The notes: generated by a model from the letters alone, not told the origin. Positions 20,135 to 29,528 are shown, counted from the first letter of the stretch. The stretch: 32,000 bases of DNA from Methanococcus maripaludis (GCF_002945325.1 NZ_CP026606.1:720001-752000); one strand, 5' to 3'. Program-made: numbers and translations.

Positions 20135-20776
20135 ATGGACAGTGAAAAAATACTGAACGCAGTGAAGGAGGCTCGAACTCTTGCTAAGCCGCGAAACTTC
20201 ACGCAATCCGTTGATCTCATCGTCAACTTAAAAGAGTTGGATCTTTCAAGACCTGAAAACAGGTTGAAAGAGCAAATCGTTTTACCAAGTGGAAGAGGTA
20301 AAGACGTAGCGATTGCGGTTATTGCGAAAGGTGACTTGGCTGCTCAAGCAGAAGATATGGGCCTCACTGTAATAAGACAGGAAGAATTAGAAGAATTAGG
20401 TAAAAACAAAAAAACAGCTAAAAAAATTGCTAACGCACACGGCTTCTTTATCGCTCAAGCTGATATGATGCCATTGGTCGGTAAATCATTAGGTCCTGTT
20501 CTAGGTCCTAGAGGTAAAATGCCACAACCAGTGCCTGCAAATGCAAACTTAGCTCCATTAGTTGCTAGATTCCAAAAAACCGTTGCAATAAACACCAGGG
20601 ATAAAGCATTATTCCAGGTATACATCGGAACAGAATCAATGAGCGACGATGAACTTGCTGCAAATGCCGAAGCAATTTTAAACGTAGTGTCTAAAAAATA
20701 CGAAAAAGGACTCTACCACGTTAAAAATGCATTTACAAAACTTACAATGGGCGCAGCTGCTCCTATTGAGAAATAG
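20135..20776 (+). CDS. rpl1: 50S ribosomal protein L1
   Basis: [43 protein letters not shown]...[20 protein letters not shown]. Confidence 0.97.
   Translation: MDSEKILNAVKEARTLAKPRNFTQSVDLIVNLKELDLSRPENRLKEQIVLPSGRGKDVAIAVIAKGDLAAQAEDMGLTVIRQEELEELGKNKKTAKKIANAHGFFIAQADMMPLVGKSLGPVLGPRGKMPQPVPANANLAPLVARFQKTVAINTRDKALFQVYIGTESMSDDELAANAEAILNVVSKKYEKGLYHVKNAFTKLTMGAAAPIEK
20159..20204 (+). promoter_or_regulatory. L1 autoregulatory binding site (23S rRNA mimic) inside rpl1 coding sequence
   Basis: GC-A-GTGAAG (20159-20167) pairs with CTTCACGC (20197-20204), enclosing GAGGCTCGAACTCTTGCTAAGCCGCGAAA. Confidence 0.75.
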
Positions 20777-20789
20777 AGGGGTTGAAAAT

Positions 20790-21797
20790 ATGATCGAAGC
20801 TAAATCAGAACATAAGATTGCCCCTTGGAAAATTGAAGAAGTTAATGCATTAAAAGAATTACTTAAAAGTTCAAACATTATTGCATTAATTGACATGATG
20901 GAAGTTCCTGCGGTACAACTCCAAGAAATCAGGGACAAAATCAGAGATCAAATGACATTAAAAATGTCAAGAAACACACTCATGAAAAGGGCAATTGAAG
21001 AAGTTGCTGAAGAAACCGGAAATCCAGAATTTGCTAAATTAGTAGATTACATGGACAAAGGGGCTGCAATCATTGCTACCGAAATGAACCCTTTCAAATT
21101 ATACAAAACACTTGATGAAAGTAAAAGCCCTGCACCTGTTAAAGGAGGCGCTATTGCTCCATGCGATATTGAAGTTAAAGCTGGATCAACAGGAATGCCA
21201 CCAGGACCATTCTTAAGTGAATTGAAAGCAGTTGGAATCCCTGCTGCTATTGATAAGGGTAAAATCGGAATCAAAGAAGACAAAATCGTTGTAAAAGAAG
21301 GCGAAGTTGTTTCACAGAAACTTGCAGTTGTACTCTCTGCATTAGACATTAAACCAGTTACAGTTGGTTTAAACGTACTCGGAGTTTACGAAGATGGTGT
21401 TATTTACACTGAAAGTGATTTAAAAATCGACGAAGAAGAATTCGTTGGAAAAATCCAAAAAGCATTCACAAGTGCATTCAACTTGTCAGTTAACGCTGTT
21501 ATCCCAACAAGCGCGACAGTTGAAACAATCGTTCAAAAAGCATTCAACGATGCAAAAGCTGTATCAGTTGAAAGTGCATTCGTAACAGATAAAACCGCTG
21601 ATGCAATCCTTGGAAAAGCTTACGCTCAAATGATTGCTGTTGCAGGTCTTGCTGGCGATGACGCTTTAGACGAAGACTTAAAAGGAAAAATTTCGTCAGG
21701 CGCAGCTGCACCAGTTGCAGAAGCTCCAGTTGAAGAAAAGAAAGAAGAGAAAAAAGAAGAAGCTGCAGCTCCTGCAGGTCTTGGAATGCTCTTCTAA
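20790..21797 (+). CDS. rplP0: 50S ribosomal protein L10 / stalk protein P0
   Basis: [52 protein letters not shown]; C-terminal [24 protein letters not shown] 20790; track start 20727 lies within rpl1. Confidence 0.95.
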   Translation: MIEAKSEHKIAPWKIEEVNALKELLKSSNIIALIDMMEVPAVQLQEIRDKIRDQMTLKMSRNTLMKRAIEEVAEETGNPEFAKLVDYMDKGAAIIATEMNPFKLYKTLDESKSPAPVKGGAIAPCDIEVKAGSTGMPPGPFLSELKAVGIPAAIDKGKIGIKEDKIVVKEGEVVSQKLAVVLSALDIKPVTVGLNVLGVYEDGVIYTESDLKIDEEEFVGKIQKAFTSAFNLSVNAVIPTSATVETIVQKAFNDAKAVSVESAFVTDKTADAILGKAYAQMIAVAGLAGDDALDEDLKGKISSGAAAPVAEAPVEEKKEEKKEEAAAPAGLGMLF

Positions 21798-21878
21798 AAT
21801 AACTTATAATACCAATAAAAATATATACATAAACGGATAATTTCAAAAAAAGGTTCATACATCTTGGAGGTGTACTTT

Positions 21879-22178
21879 ATGGAATACATATACGCAGCAT
21901 TATTATTAAATTCAGCAGGTAAAGAAATCACAGAAGACGCTGTTAAAGCTATATTAGTAGCTGGTGGCGTTGAAGCAAACGAAGCTAGAGTTAAAGCTTT
22001 GGTTGCTGCTTTAGAAGGTGTTGACATTGCAGAAGCTATCGAAAAAGCTGCAATCGCACCAGTAGCTGCTGCAGCTCCTGCAGCTGCAGCTGCTGCACCA
22101 GTTGAAGAAAAGAAAGAAGAGAAAAAAGAAGACACAGGAGCAGCAGCTGCTGCAGGTCTTGGTGCTTTATTCGGATAA
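21879..22178 (+). CDS. rpl12: 50S ribosomal protein L12 (P1 type)
   Basis: [45 protein letters not shown]...[27 protein letters not shown]; SD GGAGGTG. Confidence 0.97.
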   Translation: MEYIYAALLLNSAGKEITEDAVKAILVAGGVEANEARVKALVAALEGVDIAEAIEKAAIAPVAAAAPAAAAAAPVEEKKEEKKEDTGAAAAAGLGALFG

Positions 22179-22309
22179 TTACTTTTCCGAATACTCTCTT
22201 TTTATTTTAGGCATATAAATTGGTATATTTAAATATATAATCAGAAGTATAAATGTTTATATACTATATAAATAGAAATTTATAGCAGATATATAAACTG
22301 GTGAAAATG

Positions 22310-22855
22310 ATGGAACCTGAAATCAAAGTTGTAAACGTAGTTGTATCAACACAGATAGGAACTGATATTGACTTAGAATATGCCGCAGATATATTGGATA
22401 ACGCAGAATATGAACCAGAACAGTTCCCGGGACTTGTTTGCAGATTGAGCGAACCTAAAGTTGCACTTTTGATATTTAGAAGTGGTAAGTTAAATTGCAC
22501 CGGTGCACGATGTAAGGAAGATGCAGTAATTGCAATAAACAAAATCGTTAAAGAATTAAAAGAAGCAGGAATGGACCTTATTGACAATCCTGAAGTAAAA
22601 GTACAAAACATGGTTGCTACAACCGAACTTGGAATGGAACCTAACTTAGATGACATATCCACATTAGAATGTACAGAATACGAACCAGAACAGTTCCCAG
22701 GATTAGTTTACAGATTGAGCGAACCTAAAGTTGTTGTATTAATATTTGGTAGTGGAAAAGTTGTAATTACCGGATTAAAAGTAATCGAAGATGCATACAT
22801 AGCATTTGATAAAATATCTAAAACATTAAAAGAACTTGAAGAAGAATTATATTAA
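22310..22855 (+). CDS. tbp: TATA-box-binding protein
   Basis: Two direct repeats IKVVNVVVSTQIGTDIDLEYAADILDNAEYEPEQFPGLVCRLSEPKVALLIFRSGKLNCTGA and VKVQNMVATTELGMEPNLDDIS...EYEPEQFPGLVYRLSEPKVVVLIFGSGKVVITG. Confidence 0.97.
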   Translation: MEPEIKVVNVVVSTQIGTDIDLEYAADILDNAEYEPEQFPGLVCRLSEPKVALLIFRSGKLNCTGARCKEDAVIAINKIVKELKEAGMDLIDNPEVKVQNMVATTELGMEPNLDDISTLECTEYEPEQFPGLVYRLSEPKVVVLIFGSGKVVITGLKVIEDAYIAFDKISKTLKELEEELY

Positions 22856-22866
22856 ACGGGATAATC

Positions 22867-23478
22867 GTGATTGCAATAATTGATTATAATGCAGGCAACT
22901 TGAGAAGTATCGAAAAGGCACTTGAATTATACACAAAAAACATCGTTGTTACAAGTGACCCTGAAACTATTTTAAGTGCTGACAAGATAGTTCTTCCAGG
23001 TGTTGGGAATTTTGGAGATTCAATGAAAAATATTTCCCAAAAAACAGGAGACTGCTCTTTAAATGAAATAATTAATAAATGCGTTCAAAAGGTTCCATTT
23101 TTAGGAATTTGTTTAGGTATGCAGTTGTTACTTGAAAAAAGTGAAGAATGTCCAGAAACTCCAGGCCTTGGTGTGATAAAAGGGGACGTTATAAAATTCA
23201 AACATTCTGAAAAAATCCCCCACATGGGTTGGAATACTGTAAATCAGGTTCAAGATATTCCCCTTTTTGAAGGAATAGCAAATAATGAATATTTCTACTT
23301 TGTACATTCATACCACGTGAATCCTTCAGAAAAAGACGTAATTTCAGGAACTACTAATTACGGTTACGAATTCCCGTGCATTTTGAATAAAAAAAACGTT
23401 TATGCTACCCAGTTCCATCCTGAAAAAAGTGGTAAAAACGGTTTAAAAATGATTGAAAACTTCGTTGAATTAATTTAA
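22867..23478 (+). CDS. hisH: Imidazole glycerol phosphate synthase, glutamine amidotransferase subunit
   Basis: IIDYNAGNLRSIEKAL, FLGICLGMQLLLEKSEE, PHMGWNTV, YFVHSYHV, ATQFHPEKSG. Confidence 0.95.
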   Translation: MIAIIDYNAGNLRSIEKALELYTKNIVVTSDPETILSADKIVLPGVGNFGDSMKNISQKTGDCSLNEIINKCVQKVPFLGICLGMQLLLEKSEECPETPGLGVIKGDVIKFKHSEKIPHMGWNTVNQVQDIPLFEGIANNEYFYFVHSYHVNPSEKDVISGTTNYGYEFPCILNKKNVYATQFHPEKSGKNGLKMIENFVELI

Positions 23479-23512
23479 TTACTTAACAAATAAAAAATAA
23501 AAAACTTAAAAA

Positions 23513-24412
23513 TTAAATAACTTCTTGAATTACTTCTTTTAATTTCTGTTTTGCTTTCTTTTTAAGATATATATTCCCTAAAACCCCTGCTACAAGCGGT
23601 AGAGGTGTTCCAATGTACATTAACCCGCCAAATGCGGCAATGCCTTTTTTAAATTTTGAACAATTGTAATTTACAATATTATCGTCTTTTTTGACCATTG
23701 ATTTTAAAAGTGCTTTTTCTGAAGCGTAAATCACGTTGTAGCTCCACAAAATTATATCCGAAAGTGGAGTTGGCGTTCCTTCGTAAGTTGTTTTTCTGTG
23801 TTTTATTGCATTAAATAAATCGTCTGCAGAGTTTCCTTCAAATTTAGTGTTTCCATTTCCAATCATTCTTGCTAAATGCGCATCACTATTTCCTAAAAAT
23901 GCAAAAGGGGATTTGTGGTAGTTTTTTAAAACTTTATCAAGTGCAATATTATTTACAATTCCATCCCTGTGGTATGCGTTGTAAACTTCAACACCATCAA
24001 AATCAAGTTCAAATACTTTATCCCCTATTGCCTCACAAATCGGACTGTAAGGGTGAGGGCATACTGCAAGTCCGCCCTGTTCATGGATTCTTTCGATAGT
24101 TTCTTCGGCACTCAGCCTTTTTGGGATATCCTCATTTAAGAATAATCCTAAAATTTCACCATCTTTTGACATTATTTCGCTTCCAACTACAACTTCAATT
24201 CCAAACTCTTTTTCATATTTTTTTGTTTCAAGAGCTCCTTTAATCGTGTTGTGGTCGGTTACAGCAATGATATCCATGCCATTTGCTTTTGCACATTTCA
24301 GTACCTTTAACGGCTCTTCAACTGAATCTGGAAATTTTAGTCCCATATATTTCATCATTCCAGAATATTTAGTGTGTATATGCATATCTGCCTTAAATAC
24401 ATCATTTTCCAT
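23513..24412 (-). CDS. PHP-domain metal-dependent phosphoesterase with C-terminal hydrophobic/basic extension
   Basis: FKADMHIHTKYSG, IIAVTDHNTIKG, EVVVGSEI, LAVCPHPYSP, AFLGNSDAH. Start could be 24412 or 24424. Confidence 0.85.
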   Translation of the reverse strand: MENDVFKADMHIHTKYSGMMKYMGLKFPDSVEEPLKVLKCAKANGMDIIAVTDHNTIKGALETKKYEKEFGIEVVVGSEIMSKDGEILGLFLNEDIPKRLSAEETIERIHEQGGLAVCPHPYSPICEAIGDKVFELDFDGVEVYNAYHRDGIVNNIALDKVLKNYHKSPFAFLGNSDAHLARMIGNGNTKFEGNSADDLFNAIKHRKTTYEGTPTPLSDIILWSYNVIYASEKALLKSMVKKDDNIVNYNCSKFKKGIAAFGGLMYIGTPLPLVAGVLGNIYLKKKAKQKLKEVIQEVI

Positions 24413-24432
24413 GAGTTCCCTCAATAAATTAA

Positions 24433-25959
24433 TTAATATAAAAGTTCTTTAAGTGCTTTTGGCAATATTTTGATAATATCCGTTGAATTGTAATAATATC
24501 CGTACTCTTTTTCGAGTAAATCTCCGCAATATCCATTTATATAAGTTCCACAGCAGGCTGAAGGAAATGCGTCATTGCATGCACAAATTGCACCGATAAT
24601 TCCGCATAATATATCCCCTGTCCCACCGGCAGTCATTCCCTGATTTCCAGTAATGTTCATTTTAATATTATCTGGATCAAACACTATATCGATACTTCCT
24701 TTTAATACCACTGTTGAATTAAAACCTTGGTTTTTAGCATACTTTTTAACATAATCCTTCATGTATTCAAATTCCTTTTTGTGCGGAGTGAATATAAAAT
24801 TATTTTTAAATTCAAAATTACCATAATCAATCAACTTTATTGCATCTGCATCAATAACTACTTTTCCATTTGTTTCATTTAGGTACGAATTTACAAACTC
24901 TTTTGTACTCGAATTTAATGAAAGTCCGCTACCTAAAACCGTGCAGTCATAATTTTTAGACAGTTTTAAAAGCTCATCGGTATTTTTTTGACCGATATAT
25001 TCGCCATTTAATTCATAAGGCATTAATTCAGGATAATTTCTAACAGTACCTATAACATTTGAAACTGACGCCACTGTCACAATATCTGCAAATTTAGAAG
25101 CTGCGAGGCCTGAAAAAACAGGTGCGCCGTGGTATTCTTTTGATCCACCAATAATCAAAACTTTTCCATTCTGTCCTTTATGGGAATTTAGTTTTCTTTT
25201 ATTCAATAAATAAAAATCGCCCTTTCCAACCATGTTTTCAATATATTTTGGAATTCCAATATTTTTAACAACAAAATTTTTATTTTTGTTTTCAACTTTT
25301 CTTTTGTGGAGTATAACTTCCAGATCAGATTTCAGATTTCCAGTTTGAATATCCACACTGATTATTTTCAAATTTTCGTAGTATTTGCTCTTTAAATCAT
25401 TCAAATAATCAACTATTGTTGAATAAGGATTTTTTAAATTTCCAGTAATTCCTGTTCCAAGCATTGAATCAATTACCAATACATTTTCATTTTTTAGTTC
25501 ATTTTCAAGCGTTTTTATTAGATCAATTGCATTTTCATTTTCTAAAATATTCATATATTCTAAATTACCAAAAACTTCCATATTCTTGAGGATATTAAAG
25601 TTTTTTTGAGTTTCAGAAGTTCTTATTTTTCTTTCGTTTCCAACTAATACGACAAATGTAGCAAAATTATTCGATATGTGTCTTGCAATAACAAACCCAT
25701 CTCCCCCATTATTTCCTGTTCCGCACAATACATACACTTTTGAAAAATCAAAGTTCAAATTAGCAATTTCTTCGTAAACTGCCCTTCCAGCATTTTCCAT
25801 TAATTTTTCTTTTGAGATTCCGTACTGTTCTGAATTTTCGTCAATCACCTTTATTTCTAAAGAAGATACGTCCTTTTTATCAATAATCCCGAGTTTTTCT
25901 CTTAGCTGTTCAAATTCTAAAATATTTCCTGTTTTCTGAACGCATTTGATGTCTTTCAT
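24433..25959 (-). CDS. nnr: Bifunctional NAD(P)H-hydrate epimerase / ADP-dependent NAD(P)H-hydrate dehydratase
   Basis: MENAGRAVYEEI, CGTGNNGGDGFVIARH, MLGTGITGNLKNPY; C-terminal GSKEYHGAPVFSGLAA, VVDADAIKLI, TGNQGMTAGGTGDILCGIIGA. Confidence 0.9.
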   Translation of the reverse strand: MKDIKCVQKTGNILEFEQLREKLGIIDKKDVSSLEIKVIDENSEQYGISKEKLMENAGRAVYEEIANLNFDFSKVYVLCGTGNNGGDGFVIARHISNNFATFVVLVGNERKIRTSETQKNFNILKNMEVFGNLEYMNILENENAIDLIKTLENELKNENVLVIDSMLGTGITGNLKNPYSTIVDYLNDLKSKYYENLKIISVDIQTGNLKSDLEVILHKRKVENKNKNFVVKNIGIPKYIENMVGKGDFYLLNKRKLNSHKGQNGKVLIIGGSKEYHGAPVFSGLAASKFADIVTVASVSNVIGTVRNYPELMPYELNGEYIGQKNTDELLKLSKNYDCTVLGSGLSLNSSTKEFVNSYLNETNGKVVIDADAIKLIDYGNFEFKNNFIFTPHKKEFEYMKDYVKKYAKNQGFNSTVVLKGSIDIVFDPDNIKMNITGNQGMTAGGTGDILCGIIGAICACNDAFPSACCGTYINGYCGDLLEKEYGYYYNSTDIIKILPKALKELLY

Positions 25960-26107
25960 ACCCTTCAACACCTGAAAACTGAATTTATCACAATCATTCA
26001 ATCCGAAAAATACATATATTAAATTAAACTGTAATTACCTATTGTTAATTATTATTAATTATAATTATGATTATGTTTATCAGAATATAACAAACCGAGG
26101 GATTTAT

Positions 26108-28216
26108 ATGAACACGCTTGAAGGAATATTCAACCCAAAATCCGTTGCAGTAATTGGTGCATCAGAAATAGAAGGAAAAGTAGGACAGTCCGTAATGAAA
26201 AACTTGTTGAATTTTAAACAACACGGTGGAAAAGTATATCCTGTTAACAAAAAATACAACGAAGTATATGGAATTAAATGCTACGGTTCTGTTTTAGACA
26301 TTCCTGAAACTCCAGACCTTGTAATTATATCGATTCCTGCAGAATATGCAGTAGATGCTATGGAAGAATGTGGAAGAAAAGGAGTAAAAGCTGCAATAAT
26401 TATTACGGCAGGATTTGCAGAAACCAACAACCACGTGCTAGAAGACCGGTTAAAAGCAATTAGCGAACAGTATGGAATTAGAACAATCGGTCCAAACTGT
26501 CTTGGTGTGATAAATCTTCACAACCATTTAAACGCGTCATTCAGTAAAGAATTTTCAAAAATGGGAAATATTGCGTTTATATCGCAAAGTGGAGCGATCA
26601 TGACTGCACTTCTTGATATTGCAAATTATTATAACCTAGGATTTTCAAAAATCGTGAGTATGGGTAACAAAATCGATGTTCAAGAGTATGAATTATTAAA
26701 TTACCTTGAAAATGACCCTCACACGAAAGTTGTAGCGCTTTATATCGAAGGTTTAAAGGACGAAAAATTCATTAGTGCTGCTAAAAAAATCTCAAGGAAA
26801 AAACCAGTAATTGTTTTAAAAAGTGGAAAATCCGAAGAAGGTGCAAAAGCTGCTTCTTCACACACAGGAAGTCTTGCAGGAAACAACGCAGTATACGATG
26901 CAGCATTCAAAAAAAGTCGTGTATTTAATGTAGAAAGCTTTGAAGACCTCGTAAATCTTTTAAAAATATTTTCAGTACAACCCCCAATGAGATCCAAAAA
27001 ACTTGCTGTTGTAACAAACGCAGGCGGATTTGGTGTTTTGGCAGCAGATTCTGTTGAAAAATGTGGACTCGAACTTGCAGACTTTTCGGCGACAACTGTT
27101 TCTGAATTGAAAAAATATTTACCGGATACATCAGGTATTTCAAATCCATTGGATTTAATTGGGGATGCAGATGTCAATAGATACAAACACGCATTTGAGT
27201 TGGTTGAAAATGATCCAAACGTAGATGGATTACTCGCAATATTAACCCCTCAAGGAATGACTGATGCTCTTGGTGTTGCTAGAGAACTTGTAAAACTTAA
27301 AAACTACATGATATGTAAAAAAGATAAAATTCCAATTGTTGCCTCATTTGTTGGAGGAACTTCCGTATTAGAAGCAAGAAGCTACTTACAGGAAAAAGGA
27401 ATTCCTTCATTCATCTGCCCAGAACTTGCAGTTCACGCATTGGCTTGTTTATACAGACAAAGCCACCTCATGGACAAATACGACAGCCCTGAATACTTAA
27501 ATGAAATCAGAGCCGAAATTGCAGAAGCTAAAACTAAAAACCCTGAAAAAATTGATGAACTGCTTGCAAATGCAAATGAAAGCAACTCAAAAGAGTTTTT
27601 AAAATTGAATGGATTTGCAATCCCTGAAAAATTTGTTGCCACAACTAAAGAAGAAGCTAAAGAATACGCTGAAAATTTAGGAAAAGTAGTAATGAAAGTT
27701 GTTTCAGCAGATATTTTACACAAATCAGATGCAGGTTGTGTTATAATCGATCCTAGTGATGCATCTGAAGCATTTGAAACGATAATGAAAAATGGGGAAA
27801 AATATTTGTTTGATAGAAAAATCGATGGAATTATCGATGGTGTCTTAATCGAACAGTTTGTCACCGGAAAAGAAATTATTATTGGTGCTAAAAGAGATCC
27901 AGTATTTGGGCCTGTTGTTATGACTGGGCTTGGGGGAATATTCGTAGAAGTTTTAAAGGATGTTTCCTTTGGAATTACCCCGATAACAAAAGAATACGCT
28001 GGAGAAATACTTCACTCCCTAAAATCATATAAAATCTTAGAAGGAGTTAGAGGCGAAAAAAGAAGCGATATCGAATTCTTAAAAGAATTGATCGTTAGAG
28101 TTGGAGTTTTAATGGAAACTTATGATGAAATAAGTGAAATCGACATCAACCCTGCATTTATCAAAGAAGAAGGCCAAGGCGGATTCGTTGGAGATGCATT
28201 AATTATAACAAAATAA
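26108..28216 (+). CDS. ADP-forming acyl-CoA (acetyl-CoA) synthetase, fused alpha+beta subunits
   Basis: MNTLEGIFNPKSVAVIGASEIEGKVGQSVMKNLL, GPNCLGVIN, SQSGAIMTALLDIA, SHTGSLAGNNAVYDAAFKKSRV, then ATP-grasp part NGFAIPEKFVATTKEEAKEYA...VVMKVVSADILHKSDAGCVII. Confidence 0.93.
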   Translation: MNTLEGIFNPKSVAVIGASEIEGKVGQSVMKNLLNFKQHGGKVYPVNKKYNEVYGIKCYGSVLDIPETPDLVIISIPAEYAVDAMEECGRKGVKAAIIITAGFAETNNHVLEDRLKAISEQYGIRTIGPNCLGVINLHNHLNASFSKEFSKMGNIAFISQSGAIMTALLDIANYYNLGFSKIVSMGNKIDVQEYELLNYLENDPHTKVVALYIEGLKDEKFISAAKKISRKKPVIVLKSGKSEEGAKAASSHTGSLAGNNAVYDAAFKKSRVFNVESFEDLVNLLKIFSVQPPMRSKKLAVVTNAGGFGVLAADSVEKCGLELADFSATTVSELKKYLPDTSGISNPLDLIGDADVNRYKHAFELVENDPNVDGLLAILTPQGMTDALGVARELVKLKNYMICKKDKIPIVASFVGGTSVLEARSYLQEKGIPSFICPELAVHALACLYRQSHLMDKYDSPEYLNEIRAEIAEAKTKNPEKIDELLANANESNSKEFLKLNGFAIPEKFVATTKEEAKEYAENLGKVVMKVVSADILHKSDAGCVIIDPSDASEAFETIMKNGEKYLFDRKIDGIIDGVLIEQFVTGKEIIIGAKRDPVFGPVVMTGLGGIFVEVLKDVSFGITPITKEYAGEILHSLKSYKILEGVRGEKRSDIEFLKELIVRVGVLMETYDEISEIDINPAFIKEEGQGGFVGDALIITK

Positions 28217-28244
28217 TACAATAAAAAATAGAAAAAAATAAGGT

Positions 28245-28288
28245 ATGCTGTCTTTAATCCCTATTTAGGGTTCTTAAATTAACAGCAT
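28245..28288 (-). promoter_or_regulatory. Archaeal SECIS element (selenocysteine insertion signal), 3' end of HesB-like selenoprotein gene
   Basis: Minus-strand RNA AUGCUGU-UAA-UUUAA-GAA-CCC-UAAAUA-GGG-A-UUAAA-G-ACAGCAU: 7-bp + 5-bp stems, GAA/A asymmetric internal loop, 3-bp CCC/GGG stem and small apical loop, matching the archaeal SECIS layout. U-rich tract follows. Confidence 0.85.
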
Positions 28289-28575
28289 CCACCTGCTCCT
28301 TTTACTGCCAGGTATTTTCCGCTGAAAACGGATTTTTTAACGATGATATATACTTCGTTTAATACCTGTCTTGCCATTTTGTCGATAAAGATTCTAAACT
28401 CTTCATCGTAAATTTTTTCATCTGTTTCAAGGATTTTACTTGCTGTGTCAATCCCGAATTTAGGACCCCCTCAACCAAATCCTTCGAAAAACACGATCAA
28501 GTCTTTTGAACCCGTATCGCTTATTTTTTCGTTTATAAATTCCATTGCTTCTTCAGAAATTGTTACAGGGATCAT
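28279..28575 (-). CDS. HesB/IscA-like selenoprotein (98 aa, Sec35 encoded by in-frame UGA at 28471-28473)
   Basis: ATG 28575 behind GGTGAT: MIPVTISEEAMEFINEKISDTGSKDLIVFFEGFG-U-GGPKFGIDTASKILETDEKIYDEEFRIFIDKMARQVLNEVYIIVKKSVFSGKYLAVKGAGGCC*. Missing from ORF track because UGA is treated as stop. Confidence 0.85.
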
Positions 28576-28596
28576 ACTATCACCTATCTGTACATG

Positions 28597-28621
28597 AATA
28601 TATTAGATTTTCTAATATATT
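28597..28621. promoter_or_regulatory. Perfect 11-bp inverted repeat in divergent selenoprotein/psmA promoter region
   Basis: AATATATTAGA-TTT-TCTAATATATT. Confidence 0.5.
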
Positions 28622-28748
28622 AATATATAGCGGAAGTGTGTTTCGGAGGATAAAAAGATAGATATATATAAAAATTCAGCGAAAAGTAGTTATTATATCC
28701 GTTAATTTACAATTCATACTTATTAATTTAAATTTTGGAGGCAATTAT

Positions 28749-29528
28749 ATGCAACAAATGGTTCCAGCATCAGGATACGATAGAGCAATAACAATATTCA
28801 GCCCTGAAGGAAGACTTTATCAGGTTGAATATGCTAGAGAAGCAGTGAGACGAGGAACTACTGCTGTAGGAATTAAGTGTAAAGATGGAGTGGTTCTCGC
28901 AGTCGATAGGAGAATTACAAGTAAATTAATTGACGTTTCATCAATTGAAAAAATATTTCAAATCGACGACCATATTGTAGCTGCTACATCAGGTTTAGTT
29001 GCGGATGCAAGAGTTTTAATTGATAGAGCGAGAATCGAAGCTCAGATGAACAGGGTTTCTTATGGTGAAGCAATCACTGTTGAAGCACTTGCAAAAAAAA
29101 TCTGCGACATTAAACAGGCATACACTCAACACGGTGGTGCAAGACCATTTGGTTTAGCACTTTTAATTACTGGAATCGACAGACACAGTGCAAGACTGTT
29201 TGAAACTGACCCAAGTGGAGCTTTAATAGAATACAAAGCTACAGCAATTGGTTCTGGAAGGCCTATCGCAATGGAAGTTCTTGAATCAAAATACGACGAA
29301 AATATGACTGTTAGCGAAGGAATGGAATTAGCACTTTACGCTTTAAGTAAAACTACTGAAGAATTAAAGCCTGAAAATATTGATATGGCCATAATAAAAG
29401 ATTCTGGAAAATTAGTTGAAAAAATAAGTGTTAATGAAATTGAAAAAATCGTAAAAGCAGTTTACGAAAAAGTTAAGGCTGAAGAAGAGGAAGCTGAAAA
29501 AAATAAAGGCGAAGAAGATAGTGAATAA
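28749..29528 (+). CDS. psmA: Proteasome alpha subunit
   Basis: GYDRAITIFSPEGRLYQVEYAREAVRRGTTAVGIKCKDGVVLAVDRR. Confidence 0.97.
   Translation: MQQMVPASGYDRAITIFSPEGRLYQVEYAREAVRRGTTAVGIKCKDGVVLAVDRRITSKLIDVSSIEKIFQIDDHIVAATSGLVADARVLIDRARIEAQMNRVSYGEAITVEALAKKICDIKQAYTQHGGARPFGLALLITGIDRHSARLFETDPSGALIEYKATAIGSGRPIAMEVLESKYDENMTVSEGMELALYALSKTTEELKPENIDMAIIKDSGKLVEKISVNEIEKIVKAVYEKVKAEEEEAEKNKGEEDSE

Noticed and set aside
21047-22135. Minus-strand ORFs opposite L10/L12
   Set aside because: Shadows of highly expressed ribosomal protein genes; composition-driven.
27433-27864. 143-aa minus ORF
   Set aside because: Antisense to ADP-forming acyl-CoA synthetase.
28279-28575. Interpretation as a pseudogene or sequencing error because of the in-frame TGA
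   Set aside because: Single TGA in the conserved metal-ligand position, intact frame on both sides, good SD, and adjacent SECIS hairpin all favour recoding.
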